From contig CANJBO010000001.1 in NCBI GenBank assembly GCA_947472995.1, positions 204,361 through 268,360 of the forward strand: DNA of 64,000 bases, in the 5' to 3' direction. Below the pieces are notes generated by a model. It was not told the origin of the DNA. It searched no databases and saw only the letters and a program-made list of their open reading frames with translations. Positions within the stretch are counted from its first letter, which is position 1. Every line of letters begins with the position of its first letter. Both the position numbers and the translations under genes were made by a program. The DNA is from Chloroflexota bacterium (GTDB lineage Bacteria; Chloroflexota; Dehalococcoidia; UBA2979). Below are positions 9,387-17,551 of the stretch, piece after piece.

Positions 9387-10247
9387 CTACGGCGTCAGCA
9401 AGATGTTGTCGATGAGCCGCGTGGCGCCGAAGCGCACCGCGAGCGACAGCAGCGCCGGCGCCGCGATGCGGCCGCGCGATTCCTCGAGGGTGCGCTGGTC
9501 CGCGAGCGACACGTAGTCGATGTTCGCGAGCGGCTCCGCTTCGATCTCCCGCCGGACGCGGTCGCGGAGCGCCTCGGCGTCGCGGATGCCGTCCGCCCAC
9601 ATCGCCTCGGCGGCGCGCAGGCCGCGCGAGAGCGAGAGTGCCTGTGTGCGCTCCTCGGCCGAGAGGTAGACGTTGCGCGACGAGAGCGCGAGGCCGTCCG
9701 CCTCGCGGATGATCGGGCAGCCGATCACCTCGATCCCGAAGCGCAGGCCCTCGGCGAGGCGGCGCAGCACCATCAGCTGCTGCGCGTCCTTCTGCCCGAA
9801 GTAGCCGCGGTCGGCCTGCGCGATCGCGAAGAGCTTGGTGACCACCGTGGTCACCCCGTCGAAGTGCCCCGGCCGCGCCGCGCCCTCGAGGACCGTCGAC
9901 AGCGGGCCGACGCTGACCGTCGTCTCGGCGCCGTCGGGGTACATCTCCTCGACGCTCGGGGCGAAGACGATGTCGACGCCCTCCGCCTGGCAGATCGCGA
10001 GGTCGCGTGCCTCGTCGCGGGGGTAGCGCGTGAAGTCCTCGTTGGGGCCGAACTGCGTGGGGTTCACGAAGATCGTCGTGACCACGGTCGCGCACTCCGC
10101 GCGCGCGCGCTTCATCAGCGAGCGGTGCCCGTCGTGCAGCGACCCCATGGTCGGCACGAGGCCGACCGGGCCCGGCTGCGCGGCGATCAGCGCCGCGCGC
10201 TGGGCGCGGTACTCCGCGACGGTGCGCGCTACCTGCATGCTGCTCAT
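9387..10247 (-). CDS. panC: Pantoate--beta-alanine ligase
   Basis: Contains GLVPTMGSLHDGHRSLM (HIGH-like) and FVNPTQFGPNEDF. It lies downstream of panB. Confidence 0.95.
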   Translation of the reverse strand: MSSMQVARTVAEYRAQRAALIAAQPGPVGLVPTMGSLHDGHRSLMKRARAECATVVTTIFVNPTQFGPNEDFTRYPRDEARDLAICQAEGVDIVFAPSVEEMYPDGAETTVSVGPLSTVLEGAARPGHFDGVTTVVTKLFAIAQADRGYFGQKDAQQLMVLRRLAEGLRFGIEVIGCPIIREADGLALSSRNVYLSAEERTQALSLSRGLRAAEAMWADGIRDAEALRDRVRREIEAEPLANIDYVSLADQRTLEESRGRIAAPALLSLAVRFGATRLIDNILLTP

Positions 10248-10253
10248 GCGCGC

Positions 10254-10320
10254 GCAGGGCGGGATACCCGCCCTGCGCTCCGGGAGGTCGCAGGACTCAT
10301 CACCACTCCGTTGCCGGACT
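10254..10320. repeat. Single copy of the GGGATACCC palindromic element (perfect 10-bp hairpin plus conserved tail)
   Basis: gcagggcggg-ata-cccgccctgc (10254-10276), followed by ctccgggagg...ctccgttg. This tail aligns with the copy at 14448-14510. The element sits 6 nt upstream of the panC ATG. Confidence 0.75.
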
Positions 10321-10326
10321 CGGCGG

Positions 10327-11262
10327 CTACTCGCCGCGCTTCGGGGCGTCCTCGAGCTCGCGGAGCACGCGCTCGGCCTCGCTCATGTCCTGCTCCGCGG
10401 AAGGCGTCATCTGGCGGATGAGGTCCAGCGCGTGCTCGTCCATGTAGAAGGACTCGTTCGCCGTCGGGAACGCGCCGGCCTCGACGGCCTCGCGGTACTC
10501 GACCATCGCCTCGCGCGTGGCGGTGCCGATCTCGGCGAAGCGGCGCGCGTGCTTCGGCTGCATGTCGGAGTACATGCCGAGGATGTCGTGGACCACCTGC
10601 ACCTGGCCGGAGCAGAACGGCCCCGCGCCGATGCCGATCGTCGGCACGCTGACGCGCTGCGTGATCATGTGCGCCAGCGCCGTCGGCACCAGTTCGAGCA
10701 CGATCGCGTACGCACCGGCCTCGGCGAGGGCCTTCGCGTCGGAGATCAGGTGCACGGCGTCACGCGGGGTCTTGCCCTGCACGCGGAAGCCGCCGAACGC
10801 GTTCACCGACTGCGGCGTGAGGCCGATGTGCCCCATGACCGGGATGCCCGCGTCGACGAGGTGGCGCACCGTCTCAGCCGAGCGCACGCCGCCCTCGAGC
10901 TTCACGGAGCCGCACCCGGTCTCCTGCATGATGCGCGTCGCGTTGCGGAGCGCGTCCTGCCAGCCGGTCTGGTACGAGCCGAACGGCATGTCGACGACCA
11001 CGTGCGCGCGCTGCGCGCCTCGGACGACCGCCTTGCCGTGGTGGATCATGTCCTCCACCGTCACCGGGACGGTCGAGTCGTACCCCAGTACCACCATGCC
11101 GAGCGAGTCACCGACGAGGAGGATCGGGATGCCCGCCTCGTCCGCGAGCTTCGCGGTGGCGTAGTCGTACGCGGTGAGCATGGTGATCGGCTTGCCATGC
11201 TCGCGCATGTGCTGCAGGTCCACCACGGTGATCGGCTTCGTGTTCCGGGGCTGTGCGGACAT
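10327..11262 (-). CDS. panB: 3-methyl-2-oxobutanoate hydroxymethyltransferase
   Basis: Contains ITMLTAYDYATAKLADEAGIPILLVGDSLGMVVLGY. GGAGG lies 6 nt upstream of ATG 11262. Confidence 0.95.
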   Translation of the reverse strand: MSAQPRNTKPITVVDLQHMREHGKPITMLTAYDYATAKLADEAGIPILLVGDSLGMVVLGYDSTVPVTVEDMIHHGKAVVRGAQRAHVVVDMPFGSYQTGWQDALRNATRIMQETGCGSVKLEGGVRSAETVRHLVDAGIPVMGHIGLTPQSVNAFGGFRVQGKTPRDAVHLISDAKALAEAGAYAIVLELVPTALAHMITQRVSVPTIGIGAGPFCSGQVQVVHDILGMYSDMQPKHARRFAEIGTATREAMVEYREAVEAGAFPTANESFYMDEHALDLIRQMTPSAEQDMSEAERVLRELEDAPKRGE

Positions 11263-11425
11263 GGAGGGCCTCCGTCTCGGTCACATGGATCCAAGCGGTC
11301 GGTGCCTTGCCCTGTAGCGGGCGTGCCCTTTTGGCGGGCGGTCAGTCAGGTCGGGTCCGATCGCACCTGTCGCCTTTGGCGGCGATTCGATGTGCTGCCC
11401 GAACGGGTCAGCGTCGGTGGCGATC
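11263..11425 (-). promoter_or_regulatory. Long structured 5' leader of panBC (candidate cis-regulatory RNA)
   Basis: About 160 nt lie between the predicted TSS and the panB ATG. A hand fold gives a 10-bp closing helix (CGAUCG-C-CACC / GGUG-CGAUCG). It encloses two hairpins: GCUG-A-CCCG-UU-CGGG-CAGC and UCGCC-GCCAAA-GGCGA. Confidence 0.4.
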
Positions 11426-11431
11426 GCCTTC

Positions 11432-11459
11432 AGTATAGAAAAGCCACGGGGCAAGTCAA
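11432..11459 (-). promoter_or_regulatory. Near-consensus sigma70-type promoter for panB (TTGACT-16 nt-TATACT)
   Basis: Minus-strand sequence is TTGACTtgccccgtggcttttcTATACT. It lies immediately after the stop of the upstream peptidase gene. Confidence 0.55.
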
Positions 11460-11471
11460 CGAGTCCGCCGG

Positions 11472-12518
11472 CTAGGAGCGACGGCCTCGGCGGGGCGGGG
11501 TGATCGAGGCCCACTCGGCCGCCGAGGGCACCCCGGCGAGGCCGGTGGCGGCGCGGACGCCGGCCAGCACGGCGCGCTCGATGACCAGGGTGCACATCGC
11601 CTCGATCGCGGCGTACTCGTCCGCCTCGATCGCCTGCTCGCCGGTCGCGAGCGCGAAGATGACGTCGCCGTCGGCGCGCGTGTGGACGGGCCAGATCGCG
11701 GCGGCGAAGCCATCGTGCGCGACGGTGGCGATGCGGTTGACCTGCGTCTTGCTCAGCACGGCGTTCGTCGCCACGACGGCGATGGTGGTGTTCTCCGGCA
11801 GCTCCGGGTCCGGTGCCTGCTCGACGCGTCGGCGACGGCCCGTCCGCAGCATCGCGTCGATGTCGAGGAACCCCGCGCCGTCACCTCGCGGCGCGGCGAC
11901 GATCTCGCCGGTCCGCACGTCGCGGATGCCACCGACGGCGTTCACCGCGGCGATCGCGGCGACGACGATGCCCGTCTCCAGCGTCTCGCTCGCCGTGCCG
12001 ATGCCGCCCTTGAGCGCGCGCTCGGGCCCACCGAGCTTGGCGACGGTCGCCCCGGTGCCCGCCCCGACCGAGCCCTGTGCCACGCGCCCCGCCGAGGCGC
12101 GCGCGAAGGCGCGGCGGCCGGCAGCGGCGTCCGGCCAGCGCTGGCTGCCGATGCCGAGGTCCATAAGGATCGCGGAGGGGACGATCGGGACGCGCGCGTT
12201 GCGCACCTCGAACCCGATGCCCTGCTCGGCGAGCGCGTGCATGACGCCGGTCGCGGCCTCCAGGCCGAACGCGGAGCCGCCGCTCAGGACGATCGCGTGG
12301 ACCTCCTCGACGAGGTTGCCGGGGCGCAGCAGCTCGGTCTCGCGCGTGCCGGGGGCGGCGCCGCGCACGTCGACGCCGCCGACGGTGCCGGGGGGACAGA
12401 CGATGACGGTGCAGCCGGTGGCGGCGCGGCGATCGGTCCAGTGGCCGACGCGGATGCCGCGGACGTCGGTGATCGCGTCGTGTGGCACGGCTCGAGGCGC
12501 AGCGCGACGGGCCGGCAT
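11472..12518 (-). CDS. P1/S58 family peptidase (DmpA-like L-aminopeptidase/D-esterase)
   Basis: N-terminal region reads ITDVRGIRVGHWTDRRAATGCTVIVCPPGTVGGVDVRGAAPGTRETELL, followed by GGSAFGLEAATGV. Confidence 0.85.
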   Translation of the reverse strand: MPARRAAPRAVPHDAITDVRGIRVGHWTDRRAATGCTVIVCPPGTVGGVDVRGAAPGTRETELLRPGNLVEEVHAIVLSGGSAFGLEAATGVMHALAEQGIGFEVRNARVPIVPSAILMDLGIGSQRWPDAAAGRRAFARASAGRVAQGSVGAGTGATVAKLGGPERALKGGIGTASETLETGIVVAAIAAVNAVGGIRDVRTGEIVAAPRGDGAGFLDIDAMLRTGRRRRVEQAPDPELPENTTIAVVATNAVLSKTQVNRIATVAHDGFAAAIWPVHTRADGDVIFALATGEQAIEADEYAAIEAMCTLVIERAVLAGVRAATGLAGVPSAAEWASITPPRRGRRS

Positions 12519-12531
12519 CGAGGTGGCTCGG

Positions 12532-13434
12532 CTAGCCGGCCTGCGTGACGAGGACGCGCGACGGCGCGACCTGCTCGATGACCTCGAGGACGCGGCGCAT
12601 GTACGCGTCCGGCACGTCGAGGTACGCCGTGCCGTGGCCGCGGCGGTCCGGAAGCACCCAGACCTGGTCGCGCCCGTCGAGGGACGCGGCGGCGAGGTTG
12701 AGCGCGTGCGCGACGGGAACGCGCTCGTCGCCCTCGTTGTGGATCAGGAGGATCGGCGCGGTGACCTGCGCGATCGCCTTCACCGGCTGGAGCGCGTCGA
12801 CGCTGGCGCCGAAGACGCGGTCGGCGATCGCGGTCGCGAGCATGAACAGCGGGGCGGGCACGTGGTGCCAGCGCATGCGCAGGTACTGGCGCATCGTCAG
12901 GAACGAGGAGTCGGCGATCACCGCGGTGACCTCCGGGTTGCGGGCGGCGCCGGCGATCGCGAGCGCGGCGCCGAAACCGAAGCCGTGCAGCAGCAGCGGC
13001 TGCGCGCCGGTGCGGCGACGGACGAAGGCGACCGCGGCCTGCACATCGAGCCGCTCGTTGAGGCCGAAGCTGTCGCGGCGACCGGCGGACTCGCCGTGGC
13101 CGCGCAGGTCGAAGGTGAACACGGAGACGCCGCGGCGGACGTAGTCGCGCGCGAGGTTCAGCATGCCGTGGTTCGGGTCGGCGCGCGTCGCCTCGAGGTC
13201 GTGCACGAGCACGACGGTGGCGCGGGCGTTCTGCGATTCAAGGAACCAGCCACGGAGGGTGAGGCGGTCGGCGGTCAGGAACTGCACTTCCTCGTACCGG
13301 AGGCCGAGGTCCGCCGGGGTGCCCTGCACGCGGTGCCGCTTGGAGCGGGTCATGCCGTCCGCGAGGTAGAACGCAGCGAAGAGCGCGCCTCCACCTACCA
13401 GGACCCCCGTCACGATGATCAGGCCAATTGCCAT
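12532..13434 (-). CDS. Alpha/beta hydrolase fold protein with N-terminal TM helix; nucleophile elbow reads G-F-G-F-G
   Basis: ATG at 13434 is preceded by GGAAAGCGAGG. Contains VVLVHDLEA...FDLRGHGES, LLLHGFGFGAALAI, LLIHNEGDERVP and GHGTAYL. Confidence 0.8.
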   Translation of the reverse strand: MAIGLIIVTGVLVGGGALFAAFYLADGMTRSKRHRVQGTPADLGLRYEEVQFLTADRLTLRGWFLESQNARATVVLVHDLEATRADPNHGMLNLARDYVRRGVSVFTFDLRGHGESAGRRDSFGLNERLDVQAAVAFVRRRTGAQPLLLHGFGFGAALAIAGAARNPEVTAVIADSSFLTMRQYLRMRWHHVPAPLFMLATAIADRVFGASVDALQPVKAIAQVTAPILLIHNEGDERVPVAHALNLAAASLDGRDQVWVLPDRRGHGTAYLDVPDAYMRRVLEVIEQVAPSRVLVTQAG

Positions 13435-13606
13435 GAGAGCCTCGCTTTCCGCCCACGCGAGCATTCCGAATGAATTCGCAACACTCACGGCGTCCGAACA
13501 AGGTAGCAATGGGAATCATCGGCGGGCAAGGTGAAATTGCGCACAATCACCCCAGCAGACCGTTTATCTCGACGATGCGTCGATTAGGCTGATGGGAAGA
13601 ACGACC

Positions 13607-14428
13607 CTATTTCCGCTGGCAGCCCGGGCAGAAATGCGTGCCCCGGCCGGCGACGCGGGTCTTCTCGATGATGCCCCCGCAGCGCTCGCAGGCCTGCCCC
13701 TCGCGCCGGAAGACGTGCACGCGGACGTGGTGCAGCCCCTCCCCGCCGAGGCCGTCCCGGTAGTCGCTGAACGAGGATCCCCGGTCGTCCAGCGAGTCGT
13801 GGAGCGTCTGGAGCACGGCGGCGTGGAGCCTCGTCGCCCGCGTGGGGCCGATGCGACTCGCGGGGGTGCGCGGGTCGATGGCGGCGATCCAGCACGCCTC
13901 GTCGGCATAGATGTTGCCGACGCCCGCGGCGACCGCCTGGTCGAGGAGCACGGCCTTCACGGCCACGCTCCGCTTCCGGAGCCGCTCGAGGAGCCACGCG
14001 GCGGTGAACTCCTCGGACAGCGCGTCGGGGCCGCTGTTCGGCATGGCGTCGAGCGGGTCCTCGACGAGGTGCCACGTGCCGAACTTGCGAAGGTCGATGA
14101 AGCGCAGCGTCGTGCCGTCGTCAAGGTCGATGCGGGCGCGTTCGAAGCGATGCGCCGGGGCATCGGCCGCGGTGTGCACGAGCCCGCCGGTCATGCGCAG
14201 GTGCACCACCCACGTCCGGCCGTCGTCGAGCCGGAGCAGCAGGTACTTCCCCTGCCGCCCGATCGCCTCGACGCGCCGTCCGCGCAACGCCTTCTCGAGG
14301 TCCCTCGGCGCGTCGGTGACGGCGAGGCGCTCCGCGCCCGGGTGGATGCGCACGCGCTTCACGGTGCGCCCCACCAGCAGTGGCGTCAGGTCCCGCCGGA
14401 TCGTCTCGACCTCGGGCAGTTCAGGCAT
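13607..14428 (-). CDS. mutM: Formamidopyrimidine-DNA glycosylase
   Basis: N-terminus is MPELPEVETIRRDL. The H2TH region and the C-terminal zinc finger (CERCGGIIEKTRVAGRGTHFCPGCQ) are present. Confidence 0.96.
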   Translation of the reverse strand: MPELPEVETIRRDLTPLLVGRTVKRVRIHPGAERLAVTDAPRDLEKALRGRRVEAIGRQGKYLLLRLDDGRTWVVHLRMTGGLVHTAADAPAHRFERARIDLDDGTTLRFIDLRKFGTWHLVEDPLDAMPNSGPDALSEEFTAAWLLERLRKRSVAVKAVLLDQAVAAGVGNIYADEACWIAAIDPRTPASRIGPTRATRLHAAVLQTLHDSLDDRGSSFSDYRDGLGGEGLHHVRVHVFRREGQACERCGGIIEKTRVAGRGTHFCPGCQRK

Positions 14429-14447
14429 GTGCTTCGTGCGGGCTCAT

Positions 14448-14567
14448 GCCGGGATACCCGGCCCGCCCTCCGGAGGACGCGAGGGATATCGCCGCTCCGT
14501 TGATCGCGAGTGGCCGAGACGCCCCGCGACCTCCCGGAGGCCGGCGCGGGTATCCCGCGCTTCGGCC
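14448..14567. repeat. Inverted pair of the GGGATACCC palindromic element (about 120-nt composite)
   Basis: Left arm is gccggg-ata-cccggc plus cctccggagg (14448-14476). Right arm is cctcccggagg plus ggccg-gcgcggg-tat-cccgcgc-tt-cggcc (14530-14567). The arms are about 80% identical as inverted repeats. The right hairpin matches 8391-8419 in reverse orientation. Confidence 0.8.
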
Positions 14568-14574
14568 GCAAGCA

Positions 14575-17490
14575 TCATTGTTCGAGCTCGCCCCAGGTCT
14601 TGCCGACCTTCATCCCGATGTCGAGGGGCACCTCGAGGTCGAGCGTGGGCATCAGGCGCGTCGCCATCTCGCGCACCTCGTCCAGCTCGGCGCGCGGCAG
14701 CTCGAAGATCAGCTCGTCGTGGACCTGCAGCACCATGCGCGCCTGCTTGCCGGCGGCGCGACGCTCGATGAGTTCGGCGTCGATGAGGTTCATCGCGATC
14801 TTGATGATGTCGGACGCCGTGCCCTGGATCGGCATGTTCATCGCGATGCGCTCGGCCGCCTGCCGCACCGTGCGGTTGCCGGCGCGCAGGTCGGGGATGT
14901 AGCGGCGACGACCGGTCAGCGTCTCGGCATAGCCGCGCTCACGCGACTCGTTCACGGTGCGCTCGCGCCACTCCGCGACCTGTGGGTACGCCTCGAAGTA
15001 GGCGGTGATGAACGCCTCCGCCTCGTCGCGCGGGATGCCCTCGCGGACCGAGAGGCCGAAGGCGGTGAGGCCGTACAGCACGCCGAAGTTGAACACCTTC
15101 GCGCGGTTGCGGTCGTCGCGGGTGACCTCGGACTCGGGCTTCTTGAAGACGCGCGACGCGGTCGCGGTGTGGATGTCCTTCTTCTCCGCGAACGCGCGAC
15201 GCAGCTCGGTGTCGCGCGAGATGTGCGCGAGCACGCGCAGCTCGATCTGCGAGTAGTCCGCCGACAGCAGCACGGGGTCGTCGCCGCAGTCGCGCGCGAC
15301 GAACGCGCGGCGCACGAGGTTGCCGATCTCGGTGCGCACCGGGATGTTCTGGAGGTTCGGGTCGTTCGAGGAGAGCCGCCCCGTCGCCGCCGTCACCTGC
15401 GAGAACACCGAGTGCACGCGTCCGGTGCGCGGGTTCACCTGGTGCGGCAGCGTGTCGACGTACGTCGACTTGATCTTGGTCAGCTCGCGCCAGTTGAGGA
15501 TCGCGTTGACGACCGGGTGCAGCTCGCGCAGCGGCTCGAGCGCGTCGGCGTCGGTGGTGTAGCCGGTCTTCGTCTTGCGCGTCTTCGGCAGGCCGAGCTC
15601 GTCGAAGAGCACGTAGGACAGCTCCTGCGGCGACCCGATCTTGATCTCGTGCCCGACCGCCTCGGTCACGGCGCGCTCGGCGTCCGCGATCTGGCCGAGC
15701 AGCGCGGCGTCGAGGTCCGACAGCACGCCGAGGTCCAGCGCCACGCCGAACTGCTCCATGCGCGCCAGCACCGGGACGTGCGGCATGTCGATCTCGCGGA
15801 ACACGCGCTCCAGCGCGTTCGCCTCGAGGTCGCGCTGGAGCATCTCGGCGACACGCAGCGTGACGTCGGCGTCGACCGCCGCGTAGCGGCCGACATCCTC
15901 GACGCCCGCCTGCGCGTAGGTGATCGCCTTGCTCGCGGTGCCGAGGAACGTCTTGGGATCCATCGTCTCGACACCGAGGCGCCCGAACACCAGCCGCTGG
16001 AGCGTCATGTTGGAGTCGCCCAGCAGGTACGCGGCGATCTGCGTGTCGAAGTTGATCGAGGTCGGCCAGACGTGCTCCGGCGACTCCGCCAGCGCGAGCG
16101 TGGCGTACTTCGCGTCATGCGCCACGATCTCGATCGCGGGGTCGAGGAGCACCGGCCGGAGCGCCTCGATCACCACATCGCGCGGCAGCTGCTGCGGGCC
16201 GGTGGCCGCCGCGTCGTCGAGCATCAACAGCGTGCCCTGCCCGTGGGCGATGTGGCCGAACGGGATGTACGCCGCGTGTCCCGCCTCGGCGCTGATCGCG
16301 AAGCCGACGAGCGCGTCGCCCGCGCGCACGGGGTGCCCGTCCGTCGCGATCACCTCCAGCGAGCAGCGCCCGCTCGCGCGGATCGCGGCGACGAGGGCGT
16401 CGAGGCGTGCGCGGTCCGTGATCACCTCGTACTCACCGTCGGGCGCGGAGCCGGGTCCCGCGTCCTGCGAGGCGACCTGGCTCGACTCCGGCAGCCGGGT
16501 GACGAGCGAGCGGAACTCCAGCTCGTGGAACAGGTCGACGACGGCCTGCCGGTCGTAGTCCTTCAGCACCGCGGACTCGAGGTCCAGCGTGACGTCGGGG
16601 ACGTCGCAGATGATCGTCGCCAGCTCGTGGGAGAGCTGCGCCTCCAGGACGCCCTCGGTCAGCGCGGTGCGCGTGCGCTTCGGCTCGATCTCCTCGATGT
16701 GCGCGATCATCTCGTCGAGCGTGCCGTACTGGTCGATGAGCGCCTTCGCGCCCTTCTCGCCGATGCCCTTCACGCCGGGGATGTTGTCGGACGTGTCGCC
16801 CACCAGCGCCTTGTACTCGATCATCTGCTTCGGCTCGAAACCGAAGCGCTCGCGCACCGCCGGCGTGTCGTACATGACGTAGTCGCGCTGGTACGGGCGG
16901 TACATGTACACCCGCACGCCCGGCTGCACGAGCTGGATGATGTCGTTGTCGAGCGTCACGATCACGACGTCGAGGCCCGCCTCGACGGCCTGCGTGGCGA
17001 GCGTGCCGAGGACGTCGTCTGCCTCGTACCCCATCTTCTCGACGAGCGGGATGCCGAAGGCGTCCAGCAGCTGCCGGACGCGGTCGAACTGCGGGATCAG
17101 GTCGCTGGGCGTCTCGGCACGCGTGGCCTTGTAGCGATCGTCCATGCCCTTGCGGAAGGTCTGCTCGGAGGCGTCCCACGCCGCGATCACGTAGGTCGGC
17201 TTCAGCTCGGTGAACACGGTCAGGACGCTGTTCGCGTAGCCGAAGACCGCCGCGACCGGCTCACCGGTGCGGCGCACCGTCAGCACGTCCCGCAGCGCGA
17301 AGTACGACCGGAAGATGATGCCGTGCGAGTCGAGGATGACGAGCAGCGGCTTCCCGGAGACCGGCGGCGCCTCGGCCACCTCGACCGCCCGGGGCTCCGA
17401 GAGGGCCTCGAGGGCGGCCGGCGGCGCGGCCTTCGAGGCCCGCTTCGAGGCCGGCGTGCGAGGAGTGGCGGCGGCGCGTTCGGTGGTCAC
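14575..17490 (-). CDS. polA: DNA polymerase I
   Basis: 5'-nuclease domain (LLVILDSHGIIFRSYFAL, GIPGVKGIGEKGA), 3'-5' exo-like domain and pol domain (DYSQIELRVLAH, QVHDELIFE). Start placed at GTG 17490. The 1030-aa ORF upstream part runs through the divergent promoter. Confidence 0.95.
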   Translation of the reverse strand: MTTERAAATPRTPASKRASKAAPPAALEALSEPRAVEVAEAPPVSGKPLLVILDSHGIIFRSYFALRDVLTVRRTGEPVAAVFGYANSVLTVFTELKPTYVIAAWDASEQTFRKGMDDRYKATRAETPSDLIPQFDRVRQLLDAFGIPLVEKMGYEADDVLGTLATQAVEAGLDVVIVTLDNDIIQLVQPGVRVYMYRPYQRDYVMYDTPAVRERFGFEPKQMIEYKALVGDTSDNIPGVKGIGEKGAKALIDQYGTLDEMIAHIEEIEPKRTRTALTEGVLEAQLSHELATIICDVPDVTLDLESAVLKDYDRQAVVDLFHELEFRSLVTRLPESSQVASQDAGPGSAPDGEYEVITDRARLDALVAAIRASGRCSLEVIATDGHPVRAGDALVGFAISAEAGHAAYIPFGHIAHGQGTLLMLDDAAATGPQQLPRDVVIEALRPVLLDPAIEIVAHDAKYATLALAESPEHVWPTSINFDTQIAAYLLGDSNMTLQRLVFGRLGVETMDPKTFLGTASKAITYAQAGVEDVGRYAAVDADVTLRVAEMLQRDLEANALERVFREIDMPHVPVLARMEQFGVALDLGVLSDLDAALLGQIADAERAVTEAVGHEIKIGSPQELSYVLFDELGLPKTRKTKTGYTTDADALEPLRELHPVVNAILNWRELTKIKSTYVDTLPHQVNPRTGRVHSVFSQVTAATGRLSSNDPNLQNIPVRTEIGNLVRRAFVARDCGDDPVLLSADYSQIELRVLAHISRDTELRRAFAEKKDIHTATASRVFKKPESEVTRDDRNRAKVFNFGVLYGLTAFGLSVREGIPRDEAEAFITAYFEAYPQVAEWRERTVNESRERGYAETLTGRRRYIPDLRAGNRTVRQAAERIAMNMPIQGTASDIIKIAMNLIDAELIERRAAGKQARMVLQVHDELIFELPRAELDEVREMATRLMPTLDLEVPLDIGMKVGKTWGELEQ

Positions 17491-17537
17491 GAGGGCCAGT
17501 GTACCGCCCCGGATCGGCACGCTCCCCCCGGTGTCCG

Positions 17538-17543
17538 TAGAAT
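17538..17543 (+). promoter_or_regulatory. -10 box TAGAAT positioned for a leaderless transcript of the permease gene
   Basis: gtccgTAGAATgccgccggATG. Eight nt separate the box from ATG 17552 and there is no SD. Confidence 0.45.
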
Positions 17544-17551
17544 GCCGCCGG

